Positions 11,302-22,910 of a stretch of 64,000 nt of DNA are shown here, in pieces (position 1 is the first letter of the stretch; each line of letters begins with the position of its first letter). A model generated the notes under the pieces. It saw only the letters and a list, made by a program, of their open reading frames with translations, was not told the DNA's origin and did not search any database. Source of the stretch: Octopus sinensis (lineage: Eukaryota); contig NC_043009.1 of assembly GCF_006345805.1 (NCBI RefSeq), positions 46,128,001 to 46,192,000 on the forward strand, in the 5' to 3' direction. Position numbers and translations under genes: made by a program.

Positions 11302-11923
11302 AATTGGATTTAAATAAAAATCTGTAATTGGCCCCCTAAGGAGAGAGCTGTAGCACGTGTTTACTAATCAGTTACGATAAGTAATTAAGACATTAAATAT
11401 TTTATTCACTTTTATGGTAATTAATTTATTACAAAAAAATGGGTATTACAAACAATTAATACGATAAGTGGGTAAATAAGGTATGCCCCTATATTATCTT
11501 AACAAACGAATATGCATCTGAGTAAAATAAATGAGTTGACCGGTATACCGGGAAAGCGGAGGTTATCCTCAGTTCCCATTTACCACTACACTGTTCCATA
11601 TCCCATCCCATTTCATGTTCAGTTCTTGCCTTTATGCCCAACCCATCGTTTATGGTTATAATTTATTGCTAAAAATACGTATTATATTCTATTATTTCCA
11701 TTAGTGGGTGAGTAAGGAATGTCCCTATATTACTTTAATAAACGAATATGCATCTGAGTAAAATATATTAGATAAATAGATATATTTACAAATATATTAA
11801 CAAATAGTCCGCTTATTGTAGCTGGCGTTGTCGCGTGTCGTAGCTTATCGTAACTGATTAGTAAACACGTGCTACGGCTCCCTCCCTAGGGGGCCAATTA
11901 CAGATTTTTATTTAAATCCAATT
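11302..11923. mobile_element. MITE-like element with 80-bp inverted repeats
   Basis: 11302-11381 (aattggatttaaataaaaatctg...gttacgataag) is the near-identical reverse complement of 11844-11923. Confidence 0.75.
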
Positions 11924-12429
11924 CGCCTATAATACAACTGGGTGTTATGAACAAATAAATAACAAAGTCGGATTTAACGTGGAAAATTATTTCAATATAC
12001 CAAATTTGAGAATTTTGACGCAATTTGAAAATCTCACAATATGTGACAGTAACAAGGAAGACCCTACGAAAGTAGAGAGAGACAGACAGTTGTAGGACGC
12101 GACACACACACACACGCACAAATTTTAAAACGTACACATACGTAATCACGAGTTTATGATGGTGTATAATAGACATATGTGTGTATTATGTATGTATATA
12201 TGTATATATGTGTGTCTATTTCTTTGCGATGAACAGCAGAAAATGCACCTAGCCCGTCTCTCTTTAAAACTACGTATTCCTCACACCCACCTTCCTGTGT
12301 GTGTGTGTGTGTGTGTTGTATCTCTGTATTTACGAAAGTATATATGCAGCGTCGCGTGTATATGACAACTATATTAACGGTAACATCCCATTGCACTGCT
12401 GTTCTCGCCTTCACTGACATAATTTACCC

Positions 12430-12625
12430 TCTATTTGTTATTAACTTTCCCTCCGACTAATACTTTTTGCAACCTTCTCATGTTATCATATAATTGGCCC
12501 AATGCCTCTGGGGGATACATTATAGATGTTATTTGAAATCTAGTTAGCCTATTATTGAACTGGATGTTAGTGTAACATGCATGCAAAGTTTCGTAAATAT
12601 TGGTTCGCTGGTTTAGGTACAAATA
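12430..12625 (+). mobile_element. Possible non-autonomous Helitron/HINE-like fragment
   Basis: tgcaaagtttcgtaaatattggttcgctggtttagg...gtgacagacaga resembles DINE-1/HINE-type motifs; recognition by eye only. Confidence 0.4.
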
Positions 12626-12643
12626 TGGTGACAGACAGAAATG

Positions 12644-12681
<38 letters not shown>

Positions 12682-12723
12682 TATATACATACATGCATAT
12701 ATACATATCTACACGCTTATATA

Positions 12724-12763
<40 letters not shown>

Positions 12764-12899
12764 GCATACGTACATTCATCATTTATTCGAAGCAACAAAT
12801 CGCGTATTCGGCGTGGAGAGACTATTTATTGAAAATACGATGAATACTATCTCCATCTTCGGAGCCACATCTCTCAGCCTTGTTAAATAACTGTTTAAT

Positions 12900-13491
12900 C
12901 TTCAGGTGAATTAAGTGAGGAAGCCTTTTAATCACGATCGTTGTGATTTTCAACTGAAACTTGAATTTAGCATGCATAGAGTTACTACAAATAACATGGC
13001 TGGAGACAACATCAACACAATCGAGGAACAGAAGGAAAAAAACAGCTCGATAGGTAAACAAATTCTTTCAAGCTCCAGAAACCGTAACTACAAAACTCAT
13101 TTCTCTTGGAGTTATGAACTGAATAATGATCTACTTAATTGCTACGAAAAAGCGAAACAAAACCCCGCTGTTGGCTATATGAATCGATTGAAATCTTATC
13201 CGGATGATCTGCATTCAGAATTAAATCATTTTACTGCGAAGCAACTACGCCAAAAGGCAACATTTGTAGAACATAGAAAGAAGGTTAGTAACTGTGACTT
13301 TATTAAAAAATCGAAAATTAACCTTCTTCCCAACTCTATAAACAAAAACGAAAGCGATATAAGACCACCACGTGGTTCCGCAGCTCGCGATATTCCAACA
13401 GATTCCATAGTGCCTGCCAGCCAAACTACATTACTGACCACTGTCCCTACTACAACTATGGTAAATAGCAGGGACAATTGCAACGATTATT

Positions 13492-13533
<42 letters not shown>

Positions 13534-15532
13534 AGGATTATATGCCTATTTCTTTACTACCCACGAGGGGCTAAACATAGAGAGGAAAAACAAGGACAGA
13601 CAAAGGGATTAAGTCGATTACATTGACCCCAGTGTGTAACTGGTACTTAATTTATCGACCCCGAAAGGATGAAAGGCAAAGTCGACCTCGGCGGAATTTG
13701 AACTCAGAATGTAACGGCAGACGAAATACGGTTACGCATTTCGCCCGGCGAGCTAACGAATCTGCCAGCTCGCCGGATTATATGCCGGTGAAATGTGCCC
13801 TTACTGAAACTTTCTGAGAAAAAATAACTTTGGCTTTGAAGGATTCTCTCAGAGAGAGAGAGAGAGAGTATTCTCTACCGAAGTAACTAAAAGACTACCA
13901 GATACGGTATTAAAAGCTGTTAAGCAAATTGGTGATGCGTATTTACAGCAGTGTGATGAACCCACATACTAGTAGATTGACGCCTGTCTATATGCTCTGG
14001 CTACTACTGTAAAACAGTAGATGAATGATATTAAAAAAGTAAACCAAACCGAAATAACAAAGGAAGTACCTTCATGGGTTTTGAAGATAGAGAAAAAGAT
14101 AACTGGTTTACGGAAGACCATCAGTCATGTGATGTTGCTTATTGCACGCAAACAAGCAAATCATTATACGTCCCACCAACTGAAAGTAAAGAAAGAGATA
14201 GAAATGATGTTTGGAGACAGCAAAAAGTGGACACTCACTTGCAAACTGATTACCCTAAAGCAGGAGCTAAAAGTTGTCAGGGAAAAACTCCGATATCAGA
14301 AGAGAACAACTGAGAGAAGAACAATAAACAAAAAAAAATTAACCGCAACCAGGAAAGAGTATACAGAGACATGAGAGGAGGAGCAATAAATATCACTGAA
14401 GCTACTTCACGGAAAAAACATAGACTCCCTCCGGAGGAAAATCTGGAGCGAAGAGAAGGAATTTAACCAAGATGCTCTGTAACTGGAAGAAATCCGAAAA
14501 AGTTATTGCTCCTGTGCTACATCCATGACATGCAACATTGAAAGAGAAACTCTTACAACTGTGATCCAGAAACTCTACGATGGAAAATCACCTGGAAGAG
14601 ACTTGATTGTTGGATATTGGTACAAGTAGCTAACATTCAACTGACTATATCTTATCAGTCTGTACCAGCAAGCTTTCATTGGGAACAGTAGCATACCACA
14701 TTGGCTAGCTCTGACAGAGACAAAATTGATCCCCAAATGCAGAACCACTCACAAGGCAAAAAACTACCGACCAATTGCATACCAGAACTTAATGTACAAG
14801 ATATATACATCATCTTTAAAACTCTTCCTTCAAGACCATTGTGAAATCAAGAACATTATCACAGCAGAACAAGCAGCTGGGAAGAAGGGAGTCTGGGGGT
14901 GTGCCGAGCAATTGTTAATCAACAAAACTGTGATGTCAGAGGCGCGAGAGCATAGGAGGAACCTAGTTTCAATGTGGCTAAATTACAAGAAAGCCTTTGA
15001 CTCTGTTCCCCACTCATAGTTGCTAGAAGCCCTTCAACTTGCTAAAGTTCCAGTGAGAATAGTCAAACCCATAGCTGACCTGAGTTCATCGTGAGCCACC
15101 ACCTTGAAATTAAACACAAAGAGTGACTGTATTATCACCGATAGAATACAATATCGCAAGGGCATATTCCAAGGAGACAGCCTCTCTGTGAAGATGTTTA
15201 TACTTTCTGTAAAAACCCTTGTCATTCATATTAGGGAAGTCTGAAGGATACATCACTGGTTCACAAGGAAACAGAAATATCAAAATTACACACTGTTTTT
15301 TTGTGGATGACTTAAAACTTTATGCAAATAATGTACATGAGAGGAAAAAGAGTCTTAACCTAGTTACAACATTCTCAAAGGATGTAGGTTGGAGTTTGGT
15401 CAGGATAAATGCTATATGGTTGTGAAAAGGAAGAAGACTATAAATCAGACTACTAACATCTCCATCAATGATTTGACTGCTTCCCCTGTCTGACGAGGAA
15501 TATTACAGGTATCTAGGGATGGATGAAAATAT
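12900..15532 (+). mobile_element. Decayed R4/Dong-like (RLE-clade) non-LTR retrotransposon, 3' part missing
   Basis: N-terminal GYMNRLKS..DDLHSELNHFTAKQLRQ; RT motifs KSPGRD.I.GYWYK, KNYRPI..QNLMYK, EQAAGKKGVWGCAEQLLIN, W.NYKKAFDSVPH, GIFQGDSLS, FVDDLKLYA, YRYLG; many stops and frameshifts. Confidence 0.88.
13547..13774 (-). mobile_element. SINE family B with 12-bp TSD
   Basis: TSD ggattatatgcc at 13535-13546 and 13775-13786; B consensus body (atcgaccccgaaaggatgaaaggcaaagtcgacc). Confidence 0.96.
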
Positions 15533-15855
15533 ACCCCACTTCTACTCCCACCTCAGCCTAACCCACACCCCACCCTTGATTTTCCCACTCTCGCCTTATA
15601 CACGCACACGCGCACCTTTGTTTTGGGATCACCACTATTATATTATCTCCCCTTCTTCCTAGCCCTCCTGTGTTACCCTTCTATCCGGCATTCGCCATGA
15701 TAGATCGCTAGCCACTACACATTCTTTATTTCTTTCTGTGGAAGAGCGTAGGCTCGAAATGTTAAAGACTTTTTCACTTCCCGAGCGTTAAACTAATACA
15801 TCTGTTTGTTGTCTACACCACCTGTCTTCGTGGTTTTTTTTTGTGAATTCTCCCT

Positions 15856-15860
<5 letters not shown>
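15533..15860 (+). mobile_element. Probable PLE terminal-repeat (pLTR) remnant
   Basis: C-rich leader followed by a hammerhead-like motif at 15731-15768 and a T-rich end. Confidence 0.55.
15731..15768 (+). ncRNA. Degenerate minimal hammerhead ribozyme
   Basis: tcttt-CTGTGGA-a-gagc gtag gctc-GAAA-t-GT-T-aaaga. Stems I and II perfect; core differs from CUGAUGA at two positions; ACGT>ATGT. Confidence 0.55.
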
Positions 15861-15907
<47 letters not shown>

Positions 15908-16100
15908 GAAGATATATGTATATGAAGATATATGTATATATATGCATGTGGGCTTTTCACCACTTAGACTACATGTGTAAACATACGCGCATATATTCTC
16001 AAATGTGTGTGTGTGTGTATGCCCGCGCATAATATCTAGCTAGCTATCTCACAACTTACATACATACGTACATATATACATGCATACGTACATACATACA

Positions 16101-16134
<34 letters not shown>

Positions 16135-16864
16135 CATATATATATATAGAAATATATACCATCAACATTATCATCATTATTATCAACATTATTTTACGCT
16201 CGCTGTTCCACCATGTTTGCACTAGTTGAACAGGCTTTTTCAGTGTTTTGGCACATGTTGCGATTCGACATCATCTTTAAATTCCTCCTTTACTACTTTC
16301 CATGTCTTCTACAGCAACTTCCTTCCATTTCGATCACGTGACATTTCTCTGTCCAATTGGGATTCGTAATATTTATGCACCAGATATCGATGCCGGCGTA
16401 GTCTTCTCTTTAGTATAATACATCTGGTACCTGTTACATCCTGTTTTTCGTCCAGACTATTTTCGCTCTGGTATTCTCCATATAATCGAGTGTCCCATCA
16501 ACCATGCTACTTGAAAATATCGTACTTCGTACACAAACGTCATGTCAATCTTTCCTTCACTCGTAGAGATGTTCGCTTTGCTGTGAACAGAAACGACGGC
16601 ACCTTGAAAATTCCCACTCCATCTTTATTTTGGCAACTATGCTTTCAAAATATTTACCGTTATCCTGGTATCAACTATTTCCAGGTAACCATCTACGTAT
16701 TAAAAGAATTTATTTTATAGGAGCCACTAACTACTTAAGTATACCTCCTACACTTAAAGTCCTTTCTTCTCTGTCAGTTTACTTGTTATTCTTCTAAATC
16801 TCTTGTGCACACTATTTACATTTGATGCACCATGTGAACATTTTGCAAGTCCTCATCTGCATAT

Positions 16865-17110
16865 AAAACATAGACACTTCGCAGATGTTTTTTCGGTCCT
16901 ATGTTTACTTTAAAATTCCTTGAATCCAGACTTTGCTGTCATGTTTGGAATTCCTTCTCTAGTTTTTCAACAAATTCAGTTGCGAAAAGTACGTCATCGC
17001 CACAACAAAGTTTCCAAAGACATCTGGTCTTAAAACTCCTGTATTATGACTTTGTAAACTATAATGAACAGGAGAGGGTCGACATTCTGGGAAAGTGCGA
17101 TGAAGCCTAG
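16865..17110 (-). mobile_element. Decayed RTE-type reverse transcriptase fragment
   Basis: DPLLFIIV..VI.QEF and CGDDVLFATEFVEKLEKEFQT*QQSLDSRNFKVNIG (YADD region). Confidence 0.7.
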
Positions 17111-17559
17111 TATTAGTGGCGAGCGTATGAGAGTCACACACTGTGGGTGACACAGAAGGAAAGGCATACAAGTCGGTGATAACTAAGTAGATGTGGCACG
17201 AAAATAAGCAGCTCCTAGAAGACGTGCAAGGTTTGGATTCAGTCACCTATATAGCCGATTCAACGCTGATTTATTTGTTAGCAGACATTTTAATGTTTCA
17301 TTCATTCTCATCCTCCCCTCGTTGTGATAATGTGTACGAGCAGATTTCTCTTTAGGTGTATGAGAGAGTGCTTACGTCAACCGTGTTCTATTAATATATT
17401 ATAATATCTCTCTCTCTTTTTCTCCCTCTCTCTCTCTATATATATATCTATCTCTCTCGCTTACACACACACACTTTTTCTGTATGTGCATTTTTCTGCA
17501 CGCGTGTGCGTGTGTTTGCCTCCATTACCAAAATAGTACTGTAGTCAAGCAAGTTCAGT

Positions 17560-17860
17560 TTTTCAGTCAGCTGTGCCAAATCGCAAGCATTCATACAGTT
17601 GTGTTCAATAGTTTCATTCTGTCCCAGAACACATCATAGAAGTTTCGGTAGAAAAGGCGGAGAGAAGAGACGGCATAGCTGTGGCACAGATGATCGAGTG
17701 TGTTGATGAGCACCTTCATGCCAAGTCAGGGATTGTTCTGGTTTTTGGATGTGGTGTTGGATGCTTGAATGCCCTAGATACGAGGGAAGCACACCACTTT
17801 GGGTCTAACAAGAATTATGTGGAAGATTAGCATTTGTTGGGGGACTGCAGAATGTTCTGG
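17560..17860 (-). mobile_element. Decayed CR1/L2-like LINE C-terminal fragment
   Basis: LVRPKVVCFPRI*G and LDHLCHSYAVSSLRLFYR resemble VRPKLEYCSHIW and L.HRR.VASLSLFYR. Confidence 0.55.
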
Positions 17861-18099
17861 CTTTGGATAAAGTTAAACTTTGTAATACAGATTCTTTTGA
17901 AGATGAAAATGTACGCTTCCCTGAAGAAACTCTTTGTGATGGTAAGACTTAATACTTTTAACTACGCTAAGAGTTTCGGTTGCACGTTGTTCAAGTATTT
18001 CTCAACTTGTCCTTTTTTATTAACAGCATCATCTCCTCGTTAGCTAAACCTTATGGGACTCACTCACTCGTATTATTCTCTTTGAATTCTTCAAATTCT

Positions 18100-18646
18100 A
18101 CGTCCTTTGAAAGTTTTCTTCAAATGCCCAAGACAATTAGTAACAACCTCTGTATCAACGCCTGCAGGTTCACCAATCATTTTTATGTTGTGCAAATTCA
18201 TGTACTTGCAAACCGGCTTTTACTAAGCAAAAAGGAGTTTTCATTAGATGTTTCACCTTTTTTCTACAAATTGTTATATAAACGTCTGTCTTTTTTTTTT
18301 TTTTAATTATCATCGTGTTTATCGGCACATTATTCTGATTCTGATACTCGGTCCTGAACCTCGATCAAGAGTTGTTCTCTTTTAAGCATTACATTAAATC
18401 TAAGGAAAATAAGGTCTTTATAGTTAATGGAGTTGATACTTGAGCACGTAACGTAATTTTCTTTCTACTGTCACATTTTGTTTCCACTGCAGACGTTGTA
18501 AGATTTAATGTTTTGGCAATATAACTTAGTTTTACTTTCACATCAAATTTTTTTTAAACATTAAATTTAATATCCAATGTAATCCCTTTACAGTTGCTTT
18601 TCGCACTGCTAACTTCAGTTCTACTTGATAGCTTCTTTGCAGACAT
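18100..18646 (-). pseudogene. pogo/Tigger transposase N-terminal relic
   Basis: MSAKK..KGITLDIKF, IAKTLNLTTSAVET, HKMIGEPAGVDTEVV (cf. HNIK..GEAASADTEAA). Confidence 0.6.
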
Positions 18647-19219
18647 CTTAAATTGAAGGCAAATCCAACAGCAGTGGGGATTAATTATCCGCAAAGAATA
18701 TGTAGTAAAAGTAAAAAATATTCTTTTCTATTCTAAGCACAAGGCTCCAAATTTTTTTTTTTGGGGGGGGGGGGGACAGTCGATTAGATCGACCCAGTAC
18801 AAAACTGGTACTTGATTTATCGACCCCGAAAGGATGAAAGGTAAAGTGATGGTAGGCGGGTATTGTTGGTGATTATATTGTTCTTGCAAATTGTATTATT
18901 GTGGCTGTTCAGTCTCACATTAATCCTCGTTCACCTAAGATCAAAGATACACTAGGACACGACATTATGTTTTTTTTTGTATTTGAAACGGATTTGCTTT
19001 ACTACTTCATACTATACATCACTGTTCTTGTTGGTGGTTATGTTGATATTGATAATAGAAGCACACACTTCCACATACATACATACATACATACAAACAT
19101 ACATACATACATGCATGCATGCATACATACATGCATGCATGCATGCATACATACATACATACATACATACATACATACATACATACATACATACATGTAT
19201 GTATACCTACATATATATA

Positions 19220-20426
19220 CCCACATTTTGTAACAAAATTTCCCTGACTAATTATGTTTAATAAAAATAAATTATTTACCAAAGGTTTAATATCATCTCC
19301 TTCGAAATAGTCACTTTGCACAGCAATACTCCGGTCCCAGTGTTCCTACCACTTGTGGAATCCGGCCTGGAATTCGTTTTCCGTAAGCGAGTCGAGGACC
19401 TTCTGTGATTCGCTCTAGATCTCGACAGCGGTGCTAAAACGGTGACCTTCGAGCTGCTATTTCATCTTGGGGAAGCGATGGAAGTTCACAGGTGCTAAAT
19501 CTGGCGAATAAGGTGTGGGTGCGGAAGCGACACTTTGTTATTTTTGGCGGGAAACTCACGAGTGACAGGGCGCATTGCCGTCGTGAAGAATCGAGTTGTT
19601 CGCGCTCCACAGATCCGGTCGCTTTTGCAGAATGCCCTCCTTCAAAACGTCGCAGCAAAACTTAAGACTGACAGTCAGGCCCTGTGGGACTATTTTCTCG
19701 ATGCACAATACCGCAGCTATCGGAAAATACGACGAACATGTTCTTGATTCAGTCGCAGCTCTGATTCAGTTCTTGATCCAGTCGTTCCTTCATCAGTTGC
19801 GCAGATGAAACGTTCGTTCCTTGTGACAAGTGTTGCTTTGTCTAACGGTCGTCACCCGCGCCACACGAAACATTGCGTTCCTCCCATTGCCTCGTCACCG
19901 TAAACCTGCCAAAGCATGCTCAATGTCTCTGTAGCAGACGTCCTAAGTTTAACGCAAAATTTCCCGTTGGCTCTTTGTTCCAACTTCCTGTCCATGACAA
20001 AAATCGCAGACTACAGCATCCACGTGATCATAGAAACACGAATTTCACATCTTACGAAGTAAACACAGCGATGTCAGTATGCCAAGCCACTACTAGCTTT
20101 CACTGCGCACGTAACCTATTTCTTTATTACCCACAAGGGGCTAAACACAGAGCGGACAAACAAGGACAGACATAGGTATTAAGTCGATTACATCGACCCC
20201 AGCGCGTAACTGGTACTTAATTTATCGACCCCGAAAGGATGAAAGGCAAAGTCGACCTCGGCGGAATTTGAACTCACAACGTAACGCAGACGAAATACCG
20301 CTAAGCATTTCGCCCGGCGTGATAACGGTTCTGCCAGCTCGCCGCCTCACTGCGCACGTAACCTTGTGTTGTCATCTGTAGGCGCACTATAGAACTAGTC
20401 CGGAAACTTTTTGATACCACCTCTTA
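19220..20426 (-). mobile_element. Decayed mariner element
   Basis: HPPYSPDLAPVNF..FPKMK..LEGHRF and DYFEGD; TIR-like gaggtggtatcaaaaagtttccggact at the right end, weaker copy at the left. Confidence 0.85.
20118..20346 (-). mobile_element. Young SINE B with 18-bp TSD, nested in mariner
   Basis: TSD tcactgcgcacgtaacct at 20100-20117 and 20347-20364. Confidence 0.97.
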
Positions 20427-22617
20427 CATCATATATACATGCGTGTATGTGTATGCATATATGTGTGAAATATAATGATAGTTTTTTAAATCGTTAACAA
20501 TATACTTTGATCTTAACTAAAACAACAATTTGCCCTTCAGCTAAGAAGAAAGTGTAGTTTAAATTGTTCGCAATTTAAAACTATGTGAATCCAAGTTTTT
20601 GTAGGAATGAAATTACAGACTGTATCCCGGGATTAATGGTGATACTTTACAATTTCTGTAAGCACAAAATCCAGTAACCTGAGGTTACCGTAGCGCGGGG
20701 AAGACTGTATTTGTTGGCGTAAAGAAAGAGAAAGGGAGAGAAAGAGGCCGAGTGAGAGAGAGAGAAAGAGAAAGAGAGGGAGAGAGAGAGCTGGGAGAGG
20801 CAGAGACGAAAAGTTATAACAGGATGAATATGTATTTTCTGTTCTTGAAATTCCTTTAAGAAGGACCTGGTCTGTATGTATGCAACAAAATTCCACTTCT
20901 TGGAATTTAAACAACTATAAAGAACCAAATTAAAACTTTGAAGGAAAGGAAGTGAATATTTTCCTTCTGCTTATAAACAGAATTGCATAACATCAATTGA
21001 TTTTTTTAAGGCAATGAAGTATCTGGACAGCTTAGAATCTGTTCGTTAGTCGTATCCAAGATCCGCCATATGCATGCGCTCAAAGTGAATTTTATTTCAT
21101 CCCGTCAGAGACCAGTGATAACAGTAGTAAAAATAATTGCTTTCAATTTAAAGGAGAGCTAAAATAACTTTCAGTGCTGATAGTAGTCACATTGCGTGAT
21201 ACAAGACTTCATGTGTTCAATCTCAACCAGAAGTCATGAACCTCAGTCATGCTAAGTACGACATATAGCAAAGAAAAGTGATTAAATTGCTCCAAGAGCT
21301 AGTTTTAAAACAATAGCAATAGTTGCAATATCAAAAATGAATTTATTGATAAACATTGAATATGAGCTTAACAGTGCGAAATATCTTACATAAAATATTA
21401 GAATATAAATAAAATTTATTAACGTGAAGTTTTAATCAATGTTTTGGAACAACTGAATATCAAACTTTTTTCATGTATATCTAAGTTACTTGGTAATTGA
21501 TTCCGTAAAAATGTATGTGGATACACATGCGCACGCGCACACAGTGAGATAGATTGAGAGAGAGAGAGAGGGAGGGAGAGGGACTGATAATAAAAATATA
21601 AGAATGGGTTATCTGGAACCACTATAATTCTTTAATTAAAAGTTTTTATTGTGACGTAAGCGTGATACAGTCAGGTATGTAGTATTCACATAAGATTACG
21701 TAATACGCTACGGAACTCTCAACTCTTCAGGCTTACCAAACATACAAACCACCAGTGAAAAGCTGAAGATGCAACAGTTCATCAACAAGATTTTGACTGA
21801 GAATTGTCAACATTTAGCAAATGTAAAGTAGTGGGACTACCCTCAGTCAATTACGAGAGCTAATAGCAGAAAGGTGTCATAAGCTATTGAATAGGTAAAA
21901 CTATAGAATAGTTAAAAGGCATATCAATTCTAAAGATGACATTAAACTTAGCACCATCGCTCAGAAAAGCTGGTACTGGCAAAACAGGCTTATATACCAG
22001 CAGACAGCTGGCGCCAGGCATTGCATTTGACATATCATGTATATCAGAAGACAGTTGCCAATACTGTTCTAAGATAAAAAAACAAACATAATTAACTGTT
22101 AAACTGTTTAGTACATCAAAGAAGTGACATGGCTAATCAATTCAAGTGTTACTGATTCATTATCTTAATTCCTCTAGATTAAACTGTTCCGATTAATCAC
22201 TGCACAAATAATAGATTGTTAGCTTTAATTAAGGGTTATCCAGCTAAGAAATCATGGGAAATAACTTAGAGAGAAATGGAAAAAATAGCGAAGATCTCTA
22301 CGAAATTTCGGAGTGGTGGACGGGGAGAAAGACGGACTGAAGTGGAAAAGGTAAAGAAAATTTACTCAAAAATTTAATAACGATGCACTTCAGTTGTTCG
22401 AACAACTGGAATAATCATCTTCGAAACTGACGCAAAATGCATTTAAGGATTGTGTGTCTGCTTATGTATTCATGTATCTATATTTATATAAATGTATGAA
22501 TGCGCTATAGATGCATATAAGAGGTTTATGTTAACATTCAAATATATTTATTAAAAAAATGTTGTTGATAATTTATTCATACTAATGTCAAGATATGATC
22601 GTGCGTGGCCAAGTAGC

Positions 22618-22910
22618 TAGGATTGTCATAATGACTTGAGTTCAGTTCGTGGTCTTGGAAGCGAATTGTGCCCTTGAGAAAGGCACTTTATTTCCATTAC
22701 TTTACTCTGTTCAGCTGAAATGAATACCAGCCAGGGTGTTGGGGCAGCAATCATGCCCTACCCAGCAATCTAGGATATTTCACTGGCTTAAGTGTGAGGG
22801 AAACGGATGGTCTTCTATGTCTATTCGTTACTACACCAGCACTTAAAAGAATTAGTGAAAGCACAGTACATGTTACCAAGCCATACTCGTTTGAGAGAGA
22901 CGGCTGGCTG
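22618..22910 (+). mobile_element. Old SINE C-type head/core with a different tail
   Basis: gcgtggccaagt..gagttcagttc..gccttgagaaaggcactttatttcc. Confidence 0.55.

Noticed and set aside
12915-13574. 219-aa ORF, longest in the window, as a host gene
   Set aside because: N-terminus of the R4-like LINE running into (AGT)n and a SINE.
22260-22400. KFRSGG-like mariner trace
   Set aside because: Single short motif without TIRs or other transposase blocks.
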